A DNA stretch of 64,000 nucleotides from the IMG/VR virus record IMGVR_UViG_3300048582_000136, positions 1-64,000 of that record; one strand, given 5' to 3'. Positions 57,895 to 64,000 of the stretch are shown in pieces; the stretch's first letter is position 1; each line of letters starts with the position of its first letter. Origin of the DNA: a virus. A program made the position numbers and the translations under genes. The notes below the pieces were generated by a model. That model worked only from the letters and a program-made list of their open reading frames with translations. It was not told the origin of the DNA and did not search any database.

Positions 57895-58578
57895 TCAATT
57901 TGTGTCTGTGAGCACTTCAGCATCGACGATGGATTGATGTGCGATCTCTTTGGTTTTCATGCCGGCCTGGATCAGATCCTTCTGCATTTCGGCCATCTTT
58001 CCCAACTGTTCCCGCAGCTCGTTCAGTCCCGAGTTGTCGGCCATGTTGAGATTCAGCTGCACCGCGGCAGCCTCGGGTTTTTTGAGGTGGTTCAAGAGGG
58101 AGTCCGCGGCTTTTTGTTGCACGTCTTCCCGCTTGGCATGTTTCATCAGCCAGACCTGTTTGTTGATCGCAGCCTGGTAGACGTCCTGATTCAGAACCCA
58201 GATCGGGATCAGGGATTGCTCCAGGATGATGTTCACCAGCTTGTTCTTGGCGAACGCAGCGACGTAAGCGCTAATGTCTTTATCCGTTGCACCCCGAGCG
58301 ACCAGCGTCTGGTAGCGGGCCGGGAAGGTCCTGACGTAGGACTCCTGGTTCGAGTAGCCCATCATCTTGAAGCTGACGTAGGCTACCGCGTTGACGTAGT
58401 CCTCGACCTTGAACTTTCCCTCTTTCAGGACCGCGGTGTAGGACAGAAGGTTGTCCCGAACGGTTCGGGCAATTTCTTCATCCGTGCAGATCCCGTTCAG
58501 GGTATCGACCAGCTCTTGCGACACGGCTGACTTCAGGGAAGCAGGTAGCGCAGTCTGCACTTCAGCTTGAGTCAGCAT
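57895..58578 (-). CDS. N4 gp69-like protein (putative terminase small subunit)
   Basis: SY..VLKEGKFK..DY.NAV.YVS.K; TFP.RY; LNQD.YQ.AIN; AADSLL.HLK. Confidence 0.85.
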   Translation of the reverse strand: MLTQAEVQTALPASLKSAVSQELVDTLNGICTDEEIARTVRDNLLSYTAVLKEGKFKVEDYVNAVAYVSFKMMGYSNQESYVRTFPARYQTLVARGATDKDISAYVAAFAKNKLVNIILEQSLIPIWVLNQDVYQAAINKQVWLMKHAKREDVQQKAADSLLNHLKKPEAAAVQLNLNMADNSGLNELREQLGKMAEMQKDLIQAGMKTKEIAHQSIVDAEVLTDTN

Positions 58579-58895
58579 GATGGTCTTTAGGTTTCCCGGA
58601 CTTACAACTTAAATCCTCCCTACAGATCAACGTTGATCTTTGCAAGAAATCTATTTGACAACCAGTTCAGGATCACGCTAATCCGAATCTAAGAATCGGA
58701 AATCGATCGAGCAGACATACTTCAATCGACCACCAGGCAGGTTGTCATGGGCCTGGTCTCCAAACGAGTGTCCGCTCGTTTTCCTGGTGGTCGTTTCGAG
58801 CGTGGCTACGCTGAAGCAGACAGCGACTGACCAGGTTTTCGGGGCTTCTCCTGGGAGTGCCACGCTCGACTGAATCCCCTCTGCCCAGGACCCAA

Positions 58896-59402
58896 ATGAG
58901 CAACACACCAAGACTGACCAAGGCCCAACGCAAGATCGAGGCACTGGTCAAAGGCTGGATCTACATCGACATGTTCCACCTCAGCATTCCGGTATTTATC
59001 AGCGACGTGGATCGTGTGGCCTGGCTCTCCCACCACCAGATGGAGTTCAGCACTCTGGATCCGGACAAGAAGGTCGCAGCCATTGCCGGCTGGGCTTCGG
59101 ATCCCGAAGGATGCCGTTGCATTTACATGGTCTTGCCACTGGGAGTCACCTCAGCCACCTGGGCGCATGAAGCCTCACATGTCGTGGATTTCGTCATCGA
59201 ATACCTGGGGCTGGATCCAGGGCTCGAAGGCACCGAGGCTAGGGCTTACATGCTCGGCCACATCTTCTCCTCCATCGAGGACATCATGAAGCCACTTATA
59301 GCTTCTCAACCGGAGGTCTCAACAAATGAGAAACCCCGTCCTATCACTCCTGCTCCTATTGTCCCTATGTGCTCCTGCGCACGCGGAACCACCTGGAGGT
59401 AG
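58896..59402 (+). CDS. small HExxH metallopeptidase-like protein
   Basis: TWAHEASH...E.RAY zincin motif; AGGA RBS. Confidence 0.7.
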   Translation: MSNTPRLTKAQRKIEALVKGWIYIDMFHLSIPVFISDVDRVAWLSHHQMEFSTLDPDKKVAAIAGWASDPEGCRCIYMVLPLGVTSATWAHEASHVVDFVIEYLGLDPGLEGTEARAYMLGHIFSSIEDIMKPLIASQPEVSTNEKPRPITPAPIVPMCSCARGTTWR

Positions 59403-59694
59403 CTCCTGCTACCCCCAAGACAAAATCTCAATCCGTGATGACGGCCACGGCCGAGCAATCGTTAGCTTCTACAATTCGGAAGCCAAGTGTTCGACCAGAG
59501 ACATTGACGAAATGCACACCAGCGCCAATGGCATTGTTGTCCGGGTGATCATTCATCCGAACCAACCTGATGCAAGGGACGCTGAGCGTTTCACCGTCAT
59601 CCCCCAAGGACCAGGCATGTTCGCCGATCCACCTACGTTGGATGTGCCAGATGGCGAAACCCAAGAAATCTACGTCCAAGGAGGGATGTCATGA
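59326..59694 (+). CDS. putative secreted protein
   Basis: Signal peptide MRNPVLSLLLLLSLCAPAHA|EP; GGAGG RBS. Confidence 0.7.
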   Translation: MRNPVLSLLLLLSLCAPAHAEPPGGSSCYPQDKISIRDDGHGRAIVSFYNSEAKCSTRDIDEMHTSANGIVVRVIIHPNQPDARDAERFTVIPQGPGMFADPPTLDVPDGETQEIYVQGGMS

Positions 59695-59792
59695 ACGCTT
59701 TTGAAGCTGTTCTACTGATGGTGTTTTCTGGGAGCTTCTTTGCCTCAGTTTTGGTAATTGCAGCCCTGATCATTTCAGGTCGCGAGGACTGA
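59691..59792 (+). CDS. tiny single-TM protein (33 aa)
   Basis: MNAFEAVLLMVFSGSFFASVLVIAALIISGRED*; AGGAGG RBS, ATGA overlap. Confidence 0.5.
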   Translation: MNAFEAVLLMVFSGSFFASVLVIAALIISGRED

Positions 59793-59880
59793 TCTCATGC
59801 ACCTGAGCCTCTACCCAATCGAAGATCTTCGAGTCGAAATCGCACGTCGCGAAATCAAGTTCCAACCAAGGAGTACCCGA

Positions 59881-60207
59881 ATGAACCAAGTGATGACACC
59901 CGCAGAGGTCGAAACCGCCCTGGCCAACAAGCCCTGGGCCGGCCAACGTGTCACTCCCGAACAGCTAGAGGAAGAGATCATCGACGAGGCCTACCATGTC
60001 TTTCCCGGAAGCACGGTAACCGTCTGTCTTCTCTTTCTCCGCAACGGTTTCAGCGTCACCGGTGAAAGCGCCTGTGCTGTGCCCTCGAACTTCGATCCCG
60101 AGATTGGCAAGGGACTTGCCCGAGCCAATGCGAAGCAGAAGCTCTGGTCCCACCTGGCCTTCCGTCTGCGTGACAGGATCACCCAGGAAGAGATCGCCCA
60201 GATCTGA
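59881..60207 (+). CDS. Phage Gp49/Gp66-family protein
   Basis: RVTP..L...I...Y...T.TVC...L.NGFSVTGESAC..P.NFD.EIG..LA; AAGGAG RBS before 59881 (longer start 59797 possible). Confidence 0.85.
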   Translation: MNQVMTPAEVETALANKPWAGQRVTPEQLEEEIIDEAYHVFPGSTVTVCLLFLRNGFSVTGESACAVPSNFDPEIGKGLARANAKQKLWSHLAFRLRDRITQEEIAQI

Positions 60208-60229
60208 TCCTACAGTCCCATAATGAATC

Positions 60230-60257
60230 GACCCCCGCTTTTGGCGGGGGTCTTTTT
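60230..60257. terminator. terminator between convergent genes
   Basis: GACCCCCGC-TTTTG-GCGGGGGTC followed by TTTTT. Confidence 0.75.
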
Positions 60258-60655
60258 CATCCCAGGATCTTGCCGACCAGGAGCTTCATCGCGATTTCGA
60301 TGACCCATCGCTCGCGCACCAAGGTCAGGTCGTCTGCCACTTCTTCTGCCCATTCCGGTCGACCATTCTCGATCCAGCCATAGGTCTGGTGCCAGAGCAC
60401 CGCATGGCCGGCGCCTGTGTCTTTGACCTTGGTTCTCCAGATCTCGGCCGCACCAGTCACCAGAGCTAGCCACACACGCAGCATGCTTTTGCCTTCGGCC
60501 AGCCACAGGGCGGTGATCGCGAAGTCGTCACAGTCGCCGTGCATCCCACCAGCTTCGCGCCAGATGACACGGAAACTGTCGATCGCTTTATCAGACCTGT
60601 AGACGAAGCGCTTGGCGAAGTCTTCCATGTCCTCGTGGTAGTATCTGCTCATCAC
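60257..60655 (-). CDS. transglutaminase-like cysteine proteinase (BTLCP/LapG-like)
   Basis: GDCDDFAI nucleophile motif, GHAVL, W.EN; ATGA overlap with the fibre gene. Confidence 0.7.
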   Translation of the reverse strand: MMSRYYHEDMEDFAKRFVYRSDKAIDSFRVIWREAGGMHGDCDDFAITALWLAEGKSMLRVWLALVTGAAEIWRTKVKDTGAGHAVLWHQTYGWIENGRPEWAEEVADDLTLVRERWVIEIAMKLLVGKILG

Positions 60656-62424
60656 TGGAATCCATACATTCTGATCCGTCCGCTGGCAGCGTTTCCAGAG
60701 GAAAAGATGAACCGCAGAGCAGTCGTATCTTCCCGCAGAACCCTAACTCCCGAAGACTTGATCGAGTTACAATTCCCACTTGTATTGTCGAAGGATCCTT
60801 CGAATTCGATACGGGTCTTGGCTCCGCCGTTCCCTGCGCTGAACATCTTCAAAGTCCCCGTAACACCATCTTCTGTTGACGCACTTCCGACAGATGCGTT
60901 GGTCAGTTGGATCAAGGATGCTGTTGCATCTTGTGTTCCAGGGTTCAATCCACCCGAAGACAAGCCTTGAACAGCATACTCATAGTCACTCGCACCTGCA
61001 GCATAGGTTGCCCCACCATCCGTCGAAGTCCTGACAGCCAAAGCAACGCCATCCGTCACAGGCTTTACGTTGTCCAACTCCCACTCGTAGTAACGATACA
61101 AGGAGTTATCGAACTCCGGAAAAGACACGCTGGATTGGTTGCTGATCGTCTTGTCTGCCAACAGGATTCGCCCAGTCCGGGGCACCCAATCCATCCCCGT
61201 ACCGTCTTCGTTTACAACCTGGATATATCCAGGCAGACCCGGTTCGAAAGGAGTTATAGTCGCGCCCCAATGGGTCGTTGCCCTCTGCTCAAACCTTGCC
61301 GTGCTCCTCCGAGGCAACAGGATTGGATCTCCTGCTGCCAAAAGGTTGATGATCACCCCCGTCTGGGGATACACCCACACAGGGTTGAACGCCCGGTTGT
61401 GGATCGTCAGAATCCTACCGTTCTCTCCCGAAACCGTGTTCGGAAGGGTAACCCCCGACGGGTCAGCATCCGCTGTCTGAATGAACACCAACCGGTCGGT
61501 CGCAGCAATCTGCCCCTGCCCCCTTGCATTGGTTCCAGCCGTGAAGCTGGTTTGGGTCGTTCCCCCCAGGAAATGCCGGCCGGCACCATTGATCGTATAC
61601 AGTGCCATTGCCGCGGCACCGGTAAAGTAAGCTGCCTTGTCACTCGCAGGGCTCAGCCCCGCCAATGCCTCCAGGATCTGGCTGAACTCCTGGACATCAG
61701 ATCCCAGCACCAAACCCAGGTTGGCTCTGAACGCAGCCGCCACCCCTGTATACTCCGAGCCGGCATTTGCTGCTTCCACGTCACCGGCCCCAGCGCCTGC
61801 AGCACCTTTCGATGCCCAGACCTCCCAATACACATCTCCTAGATCATCCAGGAACACGGTCGAAGTGTGGGGAACCAAACAGAAGTAAGTCGAGCCCCCT
61901 TCTTGAACCAAGTCCGCAAAGACATAGTTCGTTGCCGCAGCCCAAGGACCTCTCCGACGGGGAACCAAGGAAGCCTCAGCCAGGACCCCGTCCAAAGCAA
62001 CTTCAGCCTCATCTCTTGCATCTTCGGCCGCATCTCGTGCAGCCTCTGCCCCAACCCTCGCTGCCACCGCTTGGTTCGCATACCCCAGCATAGCGTCGAC
62101 CTGGACATCCCCAGGCAACACCTCCGGTGCTTGAGCCAAGAGCTGCGTGAAGCTCAGGGTCTCTTCTTCCGGGACAAACACCATGAACTTGTGCGTGTCT
62201 CCGCCTTTGGCGGTCAGGCTCACCTGATACCTTCCAGGGTAGAGCCCAATGGTCCCCACACCCATGCTGTTGGTTACCAGGCTCACTTCATCAGGAACCA
62301 CCACTGCAGTTCCCGCATCCAGGATCGTCCCATGAACCTTTGCGGATCGACGGAAACTTACCTTTGCTTCACCTTGCAGAACACCATCAGGTGTCCTGAA
62401 TTCTCCCGAAATCTGGCACAGCAT
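60652..62424 (-). CDS. fibre/spike protein with CBM5/12-like motif
   Basis: Stf-like N-terminal beta domain, Ala-rich helix, RGPWAAATNY...DLV..GGSTY.C..PHTS, C-terminal SG.IRMYG. Confidence 0.75.
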   Translation of the reverse strand: MLCQISGEFRTPDGVLQGEAKVSFRRSAKVHGTILDAGTAVVVPDEVSLVTNSMGVGTIGLYPGRYQVSLTAKGGDTHKFMVFVPEEETLSFTQLLAQAPEVLPGDVQVDAMLGYANQAVAARVGAEAARDAAEDARDEAEVALDGVLAEASLVPRRRGPWAAATNYVFADLVQEGGSTYFCLVPHTSTVFLDDLGDVYWEVWASKGAAGAGAGDVEAANAGSEYTGVAAAFRANLGLVLGSDVQEFSQILEALAGLSPASDKAAYFTGAAAMALYTINGAGRHFLGGTTQTSFTAGTNARGQGQIAATDRLVFIQTADADPSGVTLPNTVSGENGRILTIHNRAFNPVWVYPQTGVIINLLAAGDPILLPRRSTARFEQRATTHWGATITPFEPGLPGYIQVVNEDGTGMDWVPRTGRILLADKTISNQSSVSFPEFDNSLYRYYEWELDNVKPVTDGVALAVRTSTDGGATYAAGASDYEYAVQGLSSGGLNPGTQDATASLIQLTNASVGSASTEDGVTGTLKMFSAGNGGAKTRIEFEGSFDNTSGNCNSIKSSGVRVLREDTTALRFIFSSGNAASGRIRMYGFQ

Positions 62425-62626
62425 CGGCTCAATCTCTCCATCTGATCCTTCGGATCAGATACCCATATCTACTCGATCCGTCAACCCGATCAGGTCCGAT
62501 CGCGATATGGCAAAATTGTGGCCAAATTTTTTCAGAAGAGCATTTTGTAGTAGAGGTGGTGGTTTAGGGGTAGGGGTGGACTAACACTCCAACACACTAA
62601 CACCCCCCCCCCATTCGTGTTCCTTT

Positions 62627-62647
62627 GCTGCTCCGCAGCTGGCTGGA
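62627..62647 (+). promoter_or_regulatory. N4-type vRNAP hairpin early promoter 1
   Basis: GCTGC-TCC-GCAGC (template-strand loop GGA closed by C:G) then TGGCTGGA; resembles N4 promoter architecture GAAGC-TCC-GCTTC-TTTTGGA as recalled. Confidence 0.8.
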
Positions 62648-62674
62648 TATCCCCACCAACCATGGAGCTTCATC

Positions 62675-63010
62675 ATGTCCACCTCTGTCATCGCCTCTGG
62701 CCGTCAGTCCGTCTCCTCTGTCTTCAACGTCATCACCGCCTCGGCAGGAAGCGTGCTCTCCATTCTCGAGGCCACCACCAACGCATCCGAGGTCCTCGTC
62801 CACAAGTCCCGCGTCCTTCAGCAAGGCGCCCTCGTCCAGGCCCAAGCTGACATCGTCCACCAGCGTGGCGACATCATCCGTCAGTCGGCCCTCAAGACCG
62901 TCACCGCTCAGGAAGAGATCCACAAGCGTCTGTTCCCCGGAACCAAGTTCGATGCTCCTGCTGCATTCGCTGCTGCCCTCAAGGAAATCGAAGACGCTCT
63001 GCAACCCTAA
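62675..63010 (+). CDS. first early gene (N4 gp1-like position)
   Basis: GGAG RBS directly downstream of the hairpin promoter; 111 aa helical. Confidence 0.75.
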   Translation: MSTSVIASGRQSVSSVFNVITASAGSVLSILEATTNASEVLVHKSRVLQQGALVQAQADIVHQRGDIIRQSALKTVTAQEEIHKRLFPGTKFDAPAAFAAALKEIEDALQP

Positions 63011-63085
63011 AGAGCCCCTAAACCCCAAGCCTCAGCGCTTGGGGCCAAGGCTTCTCCAACGATAGCACTGATAGGTGCTCTCAGC

Positions 63086-63106
63086 CCTGCTCCGCAGGTG
63101 TCTGGA
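63086..63106 (+). promoter_or_regulatory. N4-type vRNAP hairpin early promoter 2
   Basis: CCTGC-TCC-GCAGG then TGTCTGGA; same core and spacing as the 62627 copy, with a compensatory outer pair. Confidence 0.8.
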
Positions 63107-63135
63107 ATCCATCCTCACATCTGTGGAGTCACACC

Positions 63136-63360
63136 ATGTTCATCGACACCCAAACCGAATACGAAAAAGCTCGTAAGCAGCTGCGCCATGTGATCAGGGA
63201 GCTGAACGCAACCGAGGAACTCCTGTCCTATCGGGAGCATCTCGGCTTCGACACGACCGAACAGATCCAAGAGATCCGGTCCCTCAACGCCCAGCATGAT
63301 CGTCTCGTCTACGCCATGAGCGAATTCGAGATCGAGACTATCTACCCCTGTAACTTCTGA
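63136..63360 (+). CDS. early hypothetical protein
   Basis: GGAG RBS after promoter 2. Confidence 0.7.
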   Translation: MFIDTQTEYEKARKQLRHVIRELNATEELLSYREHLGFDTTEQIQEIRSLNAQHDRLVYAMSEFEIETIYPCNF

Positions 63361-63376
63361 ACCAAGGAGAACAACC

Positions 63377-63601
63377 ATGGTCGAGTCCCTAACCTATAGC
63401 GTCTCCCAACCTACTCGTGAGTGGGAATGGGATGACGCAACCAAAACCCGTCTGATCTCAGTCGATGGGGAATACGAGGTCACCCAAGATCTGACCTATG
63501 GATACTGGTCGCTCTGGACGACTGAAGGCACCTACATCGATTCACACCAAGTGCCACACGCCCTCGTAATGTTGGTTGAACCCAAGGAGAACAAACCGTG
63601 A
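63377..63601 (+). CDS. early hypothetical protein
   Basis: AAGGAG RBS. Confidence 0.7.
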   Translation: MVESLTYSVSQPTREWEWDDATKTRLISVDGEYEVTQDLTYGYWSLWTTEGTYIDSHQVPHALVMLVEPKENKP

Positions 63602-63744
63602 ACCCCAAGACCCTCGATGCAGGTCCCTCGCTCGAGGGCTTCCTCGCATATCTCGCTGATTCAGCGGGAGATGTCTTCGTGCTCTACGTCATTGGCGTAG
63701 TGGCAACCGCCTATCTCGCTCGCTACCTCAGCAAGCGGATCTGA
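63598..63744 (+). CDS. early small membrane protein (48 aa)
   Basis: AAGGAG RBS, GTGA overlap; VFVLYVIGVVATAYLA TM segment. Confidence 0.6.
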   Translation: MNPKTLDAGPSLEGFLAYLADSAGDVFVLYVIGVVATAYLARYLSKRI

Positions 63745-63837
63745 TCATGGACCTCGCTCTCATGATCTTCATCGGAACAGTCTACTCCGCTGGTGGAGTG
63801 GGCTTCATCTTCGGCTATTTCGCAGGAAGGAACCGCT

Positions 63838-63996
63838 ATGCCCGAAGGACTTCTCGCCCAAGAATACCTGACGCTCTTCGAACAAACCGCTCCGTTCGAT
63901 GAGTTCCAGAACTTCGGGATTGATCCCGATCGCGATGAACTCTTCGACGATTTCGATGACGAGGAGGACCTGTCCCAACTCGATCTCGATGACTGA
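63838..63996 (+). CDS. early, highly acidic small protein (52 aa)
   Basis: AAGGA RBS; 19 D/E versus 1 R. Confidence 0.6.
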   Translation: MPEGLLAQEYLTLFEQTAPFDEFQNFGIDPDRDELFDDFDDEEDLSQLDLDD

Positions 63997-64000
63997 ACCA

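Noticed and set aside
1-64000. Integrase, repressor, transposase, CRISPR array, reverse transcriptase/DGR, intron or intein
   Set aside because: No corresponding motifs or regularly spaced repeats seen; polymerase, terminase and helicase are uninterrupted.

Overview
The whole window is part of an N4-like (Schitoviridae-type) podophage genome, probably from an alphaproteobacterial (Rhodobacteraceae-like) host. Host assignment is inferred from codon style and gene content. The + strand from 1 to 23.7 kb carries middle and replication genes: HD and HAD phosphohydrolases, two NrdR-like Zn ribbons, a SleB hydrolase, a MoxR-like AAA/vWA pair, dCTP deaminase, ThyX, thioredoxin, dUTPase, helicase, family A DNA polymerase, nuclease, primase, AAA_24, SSB and a RuvC-like resolvase. 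The - strand from 23.7 to 58.6 kb carries the 3738-aa virion RNA polymerase, ejection/structural proteins, major capsid, portal, lysis cassette, three fibre genes and terminase. An accessory block and a fourth fibre gene follow. The probable genome end/start lies near 62.5-62.6 kb, followed by two N4-type hairpin promoters and early genes. The most unusual signals are: (1) an att-like 3' half of a tRNA-Arg fused to a headless H-NS DNA-binding-domain frame that the ORF track misses; (2) recurring paired-GATC/palindromic motifs in intergenic regions; (3) a coupled HD-HAD-2x NrdR-Zn-ribbon operon in a phage with no RNR in this window; (4) an extra zincin domain inside the vRNAP; (5) a LapG/BTLCP-like cysteine protease coupled to a fibre gene. 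All assignments come from motif recognition and synteny by eye; no searches were run.
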